DNA of 64,000 nucleotides from Eledone cirrhosa (GCA_964016885.1 OZ024740.1:67208001-67272000); one strand, 5' to 3'; shown: positions 17,168 to 30,793, numbered from the stretch's first letter. Notes: a model not told the origin generated them from the sequence alone. Program-made: numbers and translations.

Positions 17168-17607
17168 AAATGGAATAGAATGAAACGAAATTTCATTTCT
17201 CACTCTTAGTATGACACTTACTTAAATGTAAGTATGTATATATACGTACATACATATATGTATACAGACGTACAGTAGTATGTACATATATACATACATG
17301 CACACATATATATATATATATGCACGTATCGGTTTACTGAACATTTATTATAATGCTCGGTTTGTTTGTTTGTAAACATTACGCCGTACAGTGTTTAGGC
17401 AACCACGTCACCTTTTTGTTCAACACTGACACAGGAACGATGTACTAGTTTCAAGCTTATTAGCTATCGTCAGCATCGTATACCTTCCTGCCAGATGGTT
17501 GAACGTCTGGAAGTATATACTTTCCTATGCATATTAACGGCTGAGCAGCCTAATTTGCATATCGAGTGAGCTCAGTCAGCCGGGCACACCGAAAACGATA
17601 AATGGAA

Positions 17608-17610
<3 letters not shown>
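17168..17610 (-). mobile_element. Solo PLE-end element of family H with hammerhead
   Basis: (TA)n flanks; homologous to 5082-5441 and 1-75; hammerhead at 17437-17479. Confidence 0.75.
17437..17479 (-). ncRNA. Minimal type-I hammerhead ribozyme
   Basis: Reverse complement: acgatg CTGACGA t-agct-aata-agct-t GAAA ctag TA catcgt. Confidence 0.85.
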
Positions 17611-17690
<80 letters not shown>

Positions 17691-18038
17691 TGTCTGATGG
17701 TAGCTAAGATGCTTCCATAGGCTGTATGCCGGTTGAGCACTCGATGCTCTTACAGAGCAGCGTATGATATAATATAAAACGAAAAATCAGTGATGCATCT
17801 GAACTCAATTTATTGTGTTAGAATTGTTTCGCCGGCGGACAGCTCGAGACACTATTTCGCCGGCGACAGCTCGACACGCAAAAAAAAAAACACACACACA
17901 CAATCACATATATACGCATAGACTCCCGCTATACACACACACTTAAGGAGAACATAAAAAAACTATAGACATACGCATACACATACGCTTGCCTACATGC
18001 CCATATAGAGGCATAGATACAGACTCGCTCACAAGCAC

Positions 18039-18081
<43 letters not shown>

Positions 18082-18094
18082 CCCATAAACACAC

Positions 18095-18155
<61 letters not shown>

Positions 18156-18340
18156 CATAAACACACATATACATATATATAAATATACATACAAACAAGC
18201 CCTTTTGCTACATTGGGTGCTTGTACACACAAACACACACACACACGGGCTCATATACACTCTTACAAATATGCGCATATTCACATACAGGCCCACGCAC
18301 GCTTACAAAGATATATACATATATATATATATATATATCA

Positions 18341-18674
18341 GGGGAGACACATGGCTTAGTGGTTAGAGCATTGGCCTTGCAATCGAAAGGTTGTGAGTTC
18401 AATTCTCAGACCGGGTGATGTGTTGTTTCCTTGAGCAAGACACTTTATTTCACATTGCTCCAGTTTACTCAGCTGTAGAAATGAGATGATAGGGAATGAG
18501 TTCCCTATCATTCCACTGCAAAGTGGACGTGGAGGTGCCACGGCAAAAAAAGCACCCAGCACTCACTGTAAATGAGGTTGGTGTTAGGAAGGGCATCCAG
18601 CTGTGGAAATCAAGCAAGAATCTGTTCCCGTCCCCTCCTTGCAAGCAGGGAAAAGTGGACGTAAAATGAAATGA
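18341..18674 (+). mobile_element. tRNA-derived SINE, family 2
   Basis: A-box tggcttagtgg, B-box gagttcaattc, core ccttgagcaagacactttatttcac; related copies at 26890-26975 (+) and 32905-33032 (-). Confidence 0.8.
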
Positions 18675-19561
18675 ATATATATATATATATATACACAAAT
18701 AGGATATATACACAAAGTCATATAAAGATACACAATGGGTCATACATGAAATGATGCACCTTGTTATAAGCATGCACATATATAAACAATATAACCATAC
18801 ACATACATATCTACACACACATATATCTACATATATATATATATATATACATCTATATATACACATACGTATATACACATATATAAAATAAACATGCAAT
18901 ATATTAAAAGTATAGATATAACGTCAGATAGAGATATATAAAAAAGAAGGAGGAACGTGTATGTGTATGAGATAGTACACAGGAGAAGCATGAGATATAT
19001 ATATATGAAATATAATGTGTTACAAGATGGAATACGTGGAGAGTATGGACTCTCTATTGAAAAGATACACATGGAGGTGCGTGGACCGGCCATACTGGAG
19101 TATATCACTGTGGTTGAGGTATATTGTCCTATAGGTGTAATGCATTTGACTGAAAGTCAGTGGAATCCGGGTCAACCTGCCCCAGCTCGATGTTCTTGCC
19201 TAGGGGGACGTGCAGAGTCGGATGTGAATCCCAGGTTATTTCGGATGACTATATATGCCCCACGGGGCATCAGGGTATGGTGTCTGATCCCTTGAACCCG
19301 TTTCGCCGCTCTGGTCGGCGCACGCTCCGCCGCATGGCTTTAGCCTGGGCTTCCCGGTGGATTCCATGCGGAGAGTGTGCCCCTTCTCCGGTGTCTGCAC
19401 GTCATGATTATTTCCAATTTCAGGTTGATCACATCATCCTTCAGTCTGACTATCTCCATGTAATCGAGACTGCACCAACATGTGTAAATATATTCACATA
19501 TCTAATATGTAGGCAGTTAAACTTGCCAGAATATATGAATTTCGCTGTAAATTCAGAAAAT

Positions 19562-19725
19562 ATCACGTTGCAGTCAGGTGGGTGTAAGTGTCATGGATCA
19601 CAGATTGGGGCACAGAAGTGGATAGAGCCTAGCTGGTGTTAGGGTCAATAAGGGTCCTCTCAACCACCATGGTGCACCAATCCGTCGAAAGCCCTAACAC
19701 TGACACCCACCTGACTGCAACGTGA
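19562..19725. repeat. Short element with ~22-bp terminal inverted repeats
   Basis: cacgttgcagtcaggtgggtgt ... acacccacctgactgcaacgtg. Confidence 0.7.
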
Positions 19726-19944
19726 AACGTGATCCCCAGCATATTAACAGGCCGATATAGAAATGACGTAACACCTGGCACCCTAGGTTCCGCTACACAA
19801 CATCAGAATAAGCATCCAGAAACCCTGCCTTGCAACTACCGTAATAATGCTAGTGCCCTCACATGCAAACTGCATGGTCACGAGCATCGTGTACAAATGT
19901 TGGGTTGAAACTCAGAACATGTTCCACAATTATATCGGCATTCC

Positions 19945-20152
19945 AGGAAACAAGCAAAGAAGAAAAAAAGAGAAGAAAAAAAAAATGTGCGTTTATGATT
20001 CTAACCCAGAGACGAACAAAGCAGTGTGCCACTACACTGCCTCGTCGTCTCTGAGACTACGCTGCTTCGGAGGCAGTGTTTTTTCCGTCTTTGGGTCAAA
20101 ATCATAAACGCACCATTTTTTCTTCTCTTTTCTTTTCTTTGCTGGTTTCCTT
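19945..20152. repeat. Nested inverted repeat (~65-bp arms plus internal hairpin)
   Basis: aggaaac.agcaaagaa...tgcgtttatgatt.t.accca.agacg and its reverse complement at 20086-20152; inner acactgcctc/gaggcagtgt. Confidence 0.7.
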
Positions 20153-20482
20153 AAAGTTTACCACTACCCCGTTGGTATACCTCTATTACGCTATTTATAC
20201 CTGAAGATGTCACCGGGTTATTATGCAATATGACCACTGAAATGTGCACAGGTTTACTCCTTTCCCGCACCACCAACATGATTCAATATTGAAGATGGAT
20301 GAGTTGCACAACGTCGAGTGTTTTTGTTATATAACATCATGAGTAACATTGCAGAATAACCAATTGTACCCAGTGGTAAACCACCAAATTCACACATATA
20401 TACACATACACACACGCACACATACACACATTTATATATATATGCGTGTATGTGCGTGTGTGGGCGTGCATGTGTGTGTTTG

Positions 20483-20531
<49 letters not shown>

Positions 20532-20667
20532 AATTTACAGGGAAATTCGTATTTTCTGGCATGTCTACACGCCATCCGATCTACAATTAGACAGCAACAT
20601 TCTATATAGACCTAGCGATTTCGCTTCAGAAACTTTCGAATAGCATCTTTCGAAGTTGACTGCGTGG

Positions 20668-21032
20668 ATTGGCAGTATCGGGTATTGACGTATAGAGTTA
20701 CGGCACATGCCATTCTAGTTAAAATCCCGCCGAGGTTAACTTTGCCTTTCACCCTTACGGGTTCGATAAAATAAAGTACCAGTAATGCTCTGGGTAATTG
20801 CTGGCCTTGTGCCCTAAAGTAGAAACAATTATTTATTAAAAGGGGCGGTGAATTGGCAGTATCGGTAGAGAGTCGGACGCCATGCTTTCCAGCATAGTTA
20901 CGTCTCTTTACGGTCCGAGTTCAAATCCCGCCGAGGTTAACTTTGCCTTTCATCCGTACGGGGTCGATAAAATAAAGTACCAGTAATGTATTGGGTAATT
21001 GCTAGCCTTGTGTCAAAAGTAGAAACAATTAT
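20668..21032 (+). mobile_element. Two tandem family-1 SINE copies (20668-20832, 20842-21032)
   Basis: Both match 16621-16820. Confidence 0.85.
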
Positions 21033-22428
21033 TTCTCTCCACTTAGATAACTATTCTTGGCTTCGGTTTTAAAAAATTCTTACTTATTCATGCTAAAGCG
21101 TTTTCTTGGCATTTTGAAATCTATATTGAAACTTTTTTTTATTCATCACAGTATGTCTCTTCATAACATAACTACAAACCCCACAATTCACAGGCATATA
21201 CGAAAGCACACACATACAAACACATCATACAACACATACACACACTTACATTTACATATATATATATAATAGAGAGAAAGAGATACATACATACCTATTT
21301 GCAAATATTCATACATAGATGCATAGTGTAGATTCATAAATACATACACACACTTATGCATACATACATTCACACTCAGACGTACATAATACATTCATAC
21401 GTACATACAAATATACATACATACAAACATACATACATGGTGGCTGCAAAGTCTGCTAAGAATATTGCAATCGCTTGTCAGATTACAGAAAATGGTGCAC
21501 CTTTAGGCTACGGCCAGCCACATGAACCTGTAAAAGATCCTGAACAACCAATGCCTGTGCTTTGGAAGTTTTTTAAGTGGTGAAAGGCTTTGAACTCGAC
21601 CAATCCCACTCTCTGAGCATCGAAAACGCTACCTGAAAACGAGAACTTGTCAACATCATCGGATACTTCCGAAGACGCAGGTTTTTTTGTTTTTTTTTTA
21701 TCTGAGTTTCCCTCCTAGAGAGGAGTTGTGACATCTGGGGCATTTCACTCCCAGGTGGAAAAAAAGTACTACTTGGATGGTAGTTTACTCTGTTGAGTTC
21801 CTCCGCCCTTAGCCAGGTCTTGTATTTCATCCTGCAGGGTGTCCAAATACCACCCACCTCACCAAGCAAGCTTGATGGGGTTGCCATTTTAGTCACCGAC
21901 CAACCAACCATCAGACAGGTTGTACTGGGTTACATGTTACCAATAGCACTTGAGAGCGACCTGACATACATAGTACTTTCCTTTCAAAATAAAGAAAATC
22001 TAACTTGAAAAATGTACTCTATAAATATATTATTGTTTTTATTATTGAAATATTTCGTTCTTATTTCTAGCAAATCAAATATCTTTCCTTTTTGTTTTCA
22101 ATGTTACGTTAGATTGCATTACATTGCAGAAAACATTTCCGTTTCATTCTCACAATACGTTAAAGACATTTTAATAAATTATCCAGCATTTTTTTTATTG
22201 ATATATCTATCACTATATCTGTGCATACATGTGTATCTGTTTGTATCTATTTACCTACGCTGTCAATCAAAGATCCGTTAGAACATCATGAGTTAAGAGC
22301 TCGTGTATTGCCTGGAAGAGCATTCATGATTTCAAAAGCACTCTAATGATTGAAAAGTATTTGCTGAGTGAAGCTACAATATTTAATACATAAATTTGAT
22401 GAATGTACAATATAAACACTAACATGCT

Positions 22429-22546
<118 letters not shown>

Positions 22547-22665
22547 AGGGCAGTTTTATTGTAGTACAATAAAGCAATGCAGATATCGGATAAGAAGCAC
22601 TCTACAGTTTGTAGGACTGGAGTATATATAATATATAAGAACAAAAGATGGTTAAAAGAGTTCCA

Positions 22666-22738
22666 TGTATTTTATTATGCGCATTTCAAAAACATATATC
22701 ATCATGCAATAATATTTGTGTTTTCATCAGATAAAACA
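22666..22738 (-). ncRNA. Type-I hammerhead ribozyme (family B)
   Basis: Reverse complement has CTGATGA..GAAA tgcgca TA with intact stems. Confidence 0.78.
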
Positions 22739-22832
22739 GGAAGATATATGAAGATTAAAAAACACTTGTGGATATGTTGATTTAAAACTGCACTATCCAC
22801 AAGTGTTTTTAAATCTTCATATCATATCTTCC

Positions 22833-22903
22833 TGTTTTATCTGATGAAAACACAAATATTATTGCATGATGATATTTGTTTTTGAAATGCGCATAATAAA
22901 ATA
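22833..22903 (+). ncRNA. Type-I hammerhead ribozyme (family B)
   Basis: tgttttat CTGATGA..GAAA tgcgca TA ataaaata. Confidence 0.8.
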
Positions 22904-22933
22904 TATGGAACTCTTTTAACCATCTTTTGTTCT

Positions 22934-23058
<125 letters not shown>

Positions 23059-23262
23059 TATGTCATTTTTTTCAGTTTACGGTGAGATTCGTATTTTCTG
23101 GTAGGTATACATGCCTCAATATTAGTTTCGTGTATATAAACGTTGGTGTAATCTCGGTTACACACTTTGTATTCATACAAATATAACTTTAACATATATT
23201 TCGATTGCTACTACACTTCTTTTCTTTCTCTGTCTCTCTCTCTACACCCACTTCTCTCTATC

Positions 23263-23303
<41 letters not shown>

Positions 23304-23351
23304 ATGAGAGGTACACAAATATATGTGTATACATGCATATATACATATATA

Positions 23352-23980
23352 TTTTTCACAACTATGTAATATTGTGTGTTGTCAACCTTAACCAGTGTTG
23401 CTCTATGATTATGAGAGACAAGATAATCGGAATAATTAAATTGACTCTATATCAGAGCTATGTAATATATTATACAGTAAGAAGAAATATTAGACATAAA
23501 TAAATACCCATTTTTTCTTCAAATTCCCGACTGTACAGTTTCCTGGCTACTATGCACAAATCCTATATCATAGAGATGTAATATTTTTGTGAGGTAGGCC
23601 GACTTTTCAAGGGAACACCTCAGTATAGTGACTGCTTTCAAGCTAATAATATATACACTTTTAGTCTTCCTCACCACCCTTCTGTAGCCTCTGCATCATA
23701 TTAATATCCCTTCCGCCTTCTGTGATATTTTTCATTGCTACAATGGATTTAGCCCCATTTCTTGACCACTGTATCACGTGATAAGGTCTCCCTCCGCCTT
23801 TTCGAGGTTCTCTCGCGCGATGCAGACCTGTTTTGAAATGTTTCCTTGAGGTGTTCCCTTGAAAAGTTACATCTCTATGATATAGGATTTCTGCATAGTA
23901 GCCACGAAACTGTACATTCGGGAATTTGAAGAAAGAATGGGTATTTATTTATGTCTAATATTTCTTCTTACTTTATAATA
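23352..23980. mobile_element. Palindromic mini-element C
   Basis: Arms ~23465-23622 / 23847-23980, unique spacer between them, tail on the left; right arm lacks ~21 nt of stem II. Confidence 0.78.
23524..23615 (-). ncRNA. Hammerhead ribozyme variant with U3-A8 core (UUGAAAA)
   Basis: Reverse complement: ttccc TTGAAAA gtcggcctac...gtagccag GAAA ctgtacag TC gggaa. Confidence 0.65.
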
Positions 23981-24009
23981 TATATATATATATATATAAT
24001 GTGTGAAAG

Positions 24010-24948
24010 GGGGAGAGAGTTGCATAGCGGATTAATGGTGGGCAAGTGAGACGACGCTCTCGAAGCGAATCTAGGTTTCGACGATAACGCCAGTATTTTC
24101 CGGAGGACTTTCGAGCTGTGGACTATAGACACTTTCCAGAAATCCTTCACTTGGCATTGCTACCGGGAAGATCTGCCAGTTCGAGTTAAACTATTTAGGC
24201 AGGGAATTGCTGTCAGACGGAGCTGTCCGTAATGCGGGCAGAGCGACGAAACCGTTTTGCACGCATTCGTCCAGTGCCCGTGTATTGCTGACATATGGAG
24301 TTATGTCGAACAGCTGTTATCGCGTGTGGGACCAATCCGGCTATCGACCGATTCCATAGTGAAGCTCGCCCCCACGGCCTTCTGTTGGCAGGGAAGAACA
24401 GCAATTTTTCTCTGTCTGATGGTTGTAGCGAAAGAGGTTGTATAGTGGACCTGGTTAACAGACTGAAGACAGACACTTTCCTCTTCGGGCAAGTCCTCGT
24501 TAACTTTTTCAAGTTCCACTTGGAAACGAAAATAATGGTGGAGAGAGAATTGCTGCCCTCCCCGCCCCCATTCAAAGATGGATAATTGCTGCCCCCCACC
24601 ATTTTTCAAAGATGGGTGATTGCTGCGAGGATGGCCCATGTGAATGGGTCCACGCTGATAATGCGCCTGTAGGCTAGAAGGATGGAGGGAGAGAGTGGCA
24701 CATTCATAGAGTGCTCTTGGAGAGGAGAGTGGGATGGGATTTGTGGGGTTCCTAACGTCATCCCTGGGTTGTAAGCCCCCTCCCCCACTCTATTGGTGAA
24801 TTCCGTTATTGACAATTTGTGTTAATTGTATTTGTTTATAATTTTTACGGGAATACATGTAATCCTCCACTGTCCCCTGTCTTTGTATTGTCCTCTATGT
24901 TCGGCTCTTGTGGCCAATAATAAAGAAATTATTATTATTATTATTATT
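24010..24948 (+). mobile_element. 3' fragment of an L1/Tx1-type LINE with (ATT)n tail
   Basis: zf-RVT-like W..YREDLPVRVKLFRQG..SCP*CGQSDETVLHAFVQCP..IW; ends aataaagaa(att)n. Confidence 0.8.
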
Positions 24949-25719
24949 GGACACTCTAAGTGAATGCCCCGCATAAGATTGGCTGCTCTATTTGCAAAGG
25001 TATTTTACCCTTTTTTTTTTTGTATAACCTTTTATTTAAGTTTCATACATAATAAAAGTTTAGTTTCCTACTTAATAAAAGTTTAGTTAAGTCTACCTGC
25101 AGGTAGAGTATTATAGCTGAAAGACACTCCTAAGGGTGTTTCCTGCCAGCGAACTTTATATTTTTCAGCTATTCTTTATATATGCGAAAACAACTAAATC
25201 ATCGTGACGTAACTCCGTTACCATTAACAGATAGAGAGGGGGGAGAGACATACAGACAAAGGGAGAGAGATAAAAAGAGAGTGAGAGAGAGAGTCAATCA
25301 GCGTGAATGCTTTTGTCTGTCAACAAACAGACGACAGCGAACATAAAAAGGAAAAAAAAATATATTGCAGAAAATCAAAGAAAAATGTTGGTAATTGTGA
25401 TAACAACAACAGTAACGACATCAATAACTACAACAACACCAACAACAACAATCAGTAACAACAATAACAACACAGCAGCACCAACGAAAAATAAAAACTA
25501 TATTAGTGAGAATAATAGTAGCGAGAATGACAACAACAGCAACAACAACAAGAACAACACGAACAGCAACAACAACAATGGAAAGAAAAAAAAGCATAAC
25601 AAATAACGACGATAACAGCAGCAGCAACAACACGAATATTTTGGGAGCCACAGCTGCAAAAGCTCAAACACTTTGCACAACAGATTTTTCCGACAAGAGA
25701 GAACTTTTGGTCCAGGTAA

Positions 25720-26660
25720 CAACATCATAACAAGAGAAAAGATTTGGGCCAACATAAATCTTCCGACTGGGGTACATGCAACGACAGAGAGGAGGACTCT
25801 CGAATATAGATGCATTGCTGTGCACTCTCGCAAAGTAGAGATGGCCTCAAAACCACATGTGGGGGAAGCATTGAAGTACATCTCAAATGATATTTAGCAC
25901 ATAGCAAGAGCCAGGAAATTCGGGAGAATCTCGGAGCACTTTAAAAATGAGATTCGTTATTTCAAACATTCGGTGGTTCACACGTCTGAGAGGCTTTTGC
26001 CACCAGATGAAAATTGCAAAGGACTTCAGAGCCCCATAGCTGCCAACACCAGTGCCAGGAAAACCAATACCAAATCTATTACCGCTACCACCGGCAAATA
26101 AAAGAAAACATACACGGCAACCACAATTACCAACATCTACAGAACATTTCGTGCTAGTAATAAGGATAAACGAAAAAGCAGATAGCACGGAGCAAAACAT
26201 TGAGACGCTGAGGGGGAATTGGGGCCCCAAAACATTTAAATTGCCGGCAGACCTGCTGATGGTACGGATGTCACTCGGTGCCTACAAGCTGATGGGGGTA
26301 GATTTCCTTGTGATGTGGGAACCCTTAACCTGTGACCATCGAGTAGACATTTAAATGGGTTCCCACAGGGTCACCCACCAAATATGGAGGTTCAACCATC
26401 CGACATCCGAGAACGCCCGGAGGATAAGTAAACAAATTTATCTCAACCAACCAGCCAAAATTATTATATTATATTATAAGAGTGAGTTGCAAGGTCACTT
26501 GATGAACGGCCTCAGGACACATGATATTGATGTGACTGCCATTAGCGACAACCACGATTTCTGCCACGCGCAGATTCGCCCTCAATTTCTTCGACTAATA
26601 GATCTCCACATCTCTTAGTCACCCGCGAGTGAGAGGTGGGCTGGCCGTGCTATTTATATT
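25720..26660 (+). pseudogene. Probable decayed LINE ORF1 / start of AP endonuclease
   Basis: GHLMNGLRTHDIDVTAISD resembles the APE N-terminal motif; the upstream part is only compositionally coding-like. Confidence 0.35.
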
Positions 26661-26724
26661 CATCTTTCATACCAATCGAGATATGATCCAGACACACGGG
26701 ACACAGTTGGAGTGAAAAGAATGA

Positions 26725-26835
26725 CATTTTCAGAGATGTGCTCTTGTGGACACAAAGACATGGACACCCCAACATGGGCAGACCGCACAGAACCTACATC
26801 AAACAGTTATATGAGGATGCTCAGTCGGATGGAGA
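26725..26835 (+). pseudogene. RTE LINE extreme C-terminal fragment
   Basis: DVLLWTQRHGHPNMGRPHRTYIKQL. Confidence 0.65.
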
Positions 26836-28401
26836 AGGAGAGTCATGATTACCCATGTGTCTTTCACATCTTCAAATTTCACACACACAGTGTGGCTGAG
26901 TGGTTGCGAATCCAATTCTCTAACCACTTGCGTTATGTCCTTGAGCAAGACCTTTTATTTCCCGTTGCTCCTTCTGGTTGGATTTGGTATGTAGTATTAG
27001 CAATTGGAAAGACCACTGTAAACATAGTTTTCTCAGTCCGATTTAACAAGCTCCACGCCAATCGTAAAGTGAGTGAGGTCTGGGATTTTGTAGATCGACT
27101 GTCGATATATATTCATATATATATATATGTGTGTGTATGTGTGTAAAGAGTAAACAGAAATAACAACACAATCGGTACACATGTATATATAGAGAGAGAG
27201 GAGAAGAGAGAGGGAGAGAGAGAGGGAGAGTGGGGGAGAGTGAGTTAGAGCGAGAGAGGAGATTTTTATGAATTATGAATTTATCAAGTACAGTGGTGTA
27301 AACGTCCTTGAGTGTATTGTGGTACTGGCTCCTTTGAGATGTTTACTTTCAGCTTATTTTGTATATAATTATGCAAATTACCTTTGACCAAGACAGTACG
27401 AAACTTTTGTAAGATTTGAATTGGCTACAACCGATCGGAGATTCAATAGAACGACGCTCTACAAGTGAAGCCGAATTAAGACCGACAACCCAGTCAATAT
27501 TTGTCCCTCGCCTCTGAAGCAAACACTAAATTTACATTTTTCCTGAGTAAGTTTTTTTAAATTGTTTATTCTTAATTTTGTGAAACATTTGTGCTCGATC
27601 GGGGTTGAACTGTGTTTAAATACAACAATACTAATTCTAAATATTTACTGAAAATAACTGACATTGCATGAATACCTCCAGATGGGACACACATCTGTCG
27701 TGCAGTTAAATCCCAGCTGATGTTAGTACAAATTTCATTCGGTTGAGCGCATAGTCTCTCGTTCAAGAACATAACACACTGCCTGGACTAAGGATAGCAC
27801 TGGCAAACTTACGATTGTTAGTACAACACTCTAACAACTAAGTCATGCGCTTTCACTTCGTCGAAAACAACTGGCTAATTTGGAACCCTAATTTCATTTA
27901 ATTTCATAGGTTTTTGTCCGTAATTTTCGGCATCTATCATAGTTATGGTTCTTGTTCTTAGGTAGTTCAGTTCTGAATGAGTGTATTTATAAAACATAGC
28001 ATTCTACCAACGTATGTTACTTTTATTTTCCTTTTATTTTTCGTGATAATGTATATCGGACAATGCTATACAATATGTGTGGCTGTTTTTAAGTTTATAG
28101 GGGTTGAATATAATATTGCTTTTTAGATTCTCATTTCAGTAGCCTTCTTGGTGATTGTAGATACGGAAGGGTGTTTGGAATTAATTCATCATGTCGTAGA
28201 AACTAAGGGTTGACATTTGGTACTACAAAAAATATCAAAATATGACCCTTATCTCTCTGGGTTATCTTTCGTATATATTACATGAATTATGTCCATTGTT
28301 ATATGTACAAGATCTTCAAGTTCGTGGGTCAGTGGACGGCAATATATATATATGTATATATACACATACATACATACATATATATGCATTATATATATAC
28401 T

Positions 28402-28506
<105 letters not shown>

Positions 28507-29303
28507 GCAACATCTATGTTTGTGTGTGTGTATGCATGTATTAATATGTAAACAAATATAGTGTGACAAAGAGTGAAAGAATAAAGTATATTCATAAATA
28601 GATAGATAGATAGATTGCAATACATATATGTGTGAGTGTGTTTGTAGATAGATAAATAGATAGATAAATATAAGCACAATAACCCTTTCTTCGAGTAAAG
28701 CTATAGAACAGCTACTCCAAACGATTAAAAAGATAACAAGTGAAAGAAACAAAAACAAAATCGCTGGTAAGCTGAGAATATAGAAGAACAGAGGAATTGA
28801 AAACAGCAATCTCCCGTGGAGCGCTTCTCCATGCCAATGTCTCGTAACTGAAAGCTGAGTTTGTTGTTAAAATGCCGACAATGAAAATATGGCCCTCCCA
28901 TCCGTTTCCTTGTGACAGATTTCTATATCGCACCACAGTTGTTCTACACCTAAAGGCTGAATAAGAAATAAAGGAAACAGTATTTCCGCACCATATGTTT
29001 CGTCAGTATTGTTGTATTCACAATTGTAATGTAGCTAAGGCTTTACATGTTATTTTAAGTAGAGAAGTGATATGAACCTGCGACTGTATCATCTTTCAGG
29101 AAATAGGTAACGCTAACTCCGTGCATACCACAGTGTTTACTACTATATTGGTTTGTAAAATAGTTACCTTGGCTATTTTGTCTGGTTCTTTGCATTGTTT
29201 CTTCAAATCCCACCGGGAAAAACTTAGCAACCTTTCTACACTGTATATTTCCTAGTTACTCTTGTATTCACCATTGCAAAGAAGCAAATAATTGCCTTTA
29301 TTA

Positions 29304-29482
29304 TTGGCAGTATCGGTAGAGGGTCGGACGCCATGCTTTCCAGCATAGTTACGTCCCTTTACGATCTAAGTTCAAATCCCGCCGAGGTTGACTTTGCCTT
29401 TCATCCTTACAGGGTCGATAAAATAAAGTACCAGTAATGCACTGGGTAATTGCTGGCCTTGTGCCTAAAGTAGAAACAATTA
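29304..29482 (+). mobile_element. Family-1 SINE
   Basis: Matches 20850-21032. Confidence 0.85.
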
Positions 29483-30061
29483 TATATTCTAGTTATTTGT
29501 ATTCTTCTAAATAACGCCGAGATCAAAATGGTCTTTCCTGCTTTTATATTCAGTCTCTTATGTGGGATTGGCAGAATTGTTAGAGTGTTATACAAAATGG
29601 TTTGCGGTATTGGTTATATATATTTGCGTTCTCAATGCCTAGGAAGATGTGGTGATCATGTCTGTATTTAGCCGGCAGTGTGTCAAGCAAGCTGGTTATT
29701 GTACATTTTCCAACCTAGAATAATAATATCAAAGTGGACTGCAATGTATATGCAATTTACTGCAGTTTACTGCAACCAGCATGTAACAACTATCGATCTG
29801 GAAATTCACCATGTCATACAGACAGTCACTTGCAGGCCAGGCTGCTGCATCCTCTTTATCTCTTCACAAGAGATTTTTCGCACTTTTCTCACCTTAACAA
29901 TAGCTGTAGCACCAGTAATTTCACCAACGGTCATGAGGAGTTATCAACGGCAAAGAAAGGAAACCATCATTATCTCACAAGACACACTGCTCTTGTACAG
30001 GCGTAACTTAAGAATGCTGCTAACTCAATAATATGCAAGAGTAAGAGCAATTAGTTATAAC

Positions 30062-30228
30062 ATAATTGTTTCTACTTTTTGGCACAAGGCCAGCAATTAC
30101 CCAGTGCATTACTTGTACTTTATTTTATCGACCCCGTAAGGATGAAATGCAAAGTCAACCTCAGCGGGATTTGAACTCAGATCGTTAAGGGACGTAACTA
30201 TGCTGGAAAGCATGGCATCCGACCCTCT
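30062..30228 (-). mobile_element. Family-1 SINE (5'-truncated)
   Basis: Reverse complement of 29318-29482. Confidence 0.85.
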
Positions 30229-30738
30229 GAGAGCAAGAATTATTGCAACGAAGACCTTTAGAGGGATTTAAATATTGGTAAGAGCAGCTAGCATGAAAGA
30301 TGAAAGCACAACTCTGGGTCATTATATTTTTCTAACATCGCTTTCTAATTCGTACTCGCTTGATTCTTCTTCTGTATTAGGCGAGTATATAAGATATAAC
30401 ACATAAAGTAATGTGCGTCAACTATACGAGAAGACCCGAAAGTAAAGGATTTACTTAAATAACACAATGCCTTATCGACGTTCAGAAATGTTAACGTTGG
30501 CAGTAGATCACATATTATGAGATATGACTGATCATATTGACTCATGTGAGCGATTGGCATATATATATATGGATATATATATATATTTTCAGTGTATGTT
30601 GATTGTTTACCGACACCTCAGTATGCAGATTGGACCACTCGACGAAGTACGCAGGTTGGTTTGTTTACTCCAGAGTAATGTAAAATAATTAAGTCAAATA
30701 TGTAAAATTTCGCTTCTTTTAATATAAATTATAGATAT

Positions 30739-30793
30739 ACTGCTATATATATTTCGGTGACAGCCATCATTGGCTGGGACCTCTTCAGGCAGT
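30739..30793 (-). ncRNA. Type-I hammerhead ribozyme (family D)
   Basis: Reverse complement: actgc CTGAAGA ggt..acc GAAA tatata TA gcagt. Confidence 0.82.

Noticed and set aside
17826-17877. Direct repeat tttcgccggc(g)gacagctcga x2
   Set aside because: Only two units with no associated element boundaries; likely a transposon subterminal remnant
25307-25730. N/T-rich ORFs
   Set aside because: Degenerate (AAC)n microsatellite; likewise the poly-L/R/K ORFs at 34132-34561 and 40136-40378
29650-30030. Possible exon or ORF 29678-30031
   Set aside because: No recognisable domain or splice signals; at most a very decayed LINE on the minus strand
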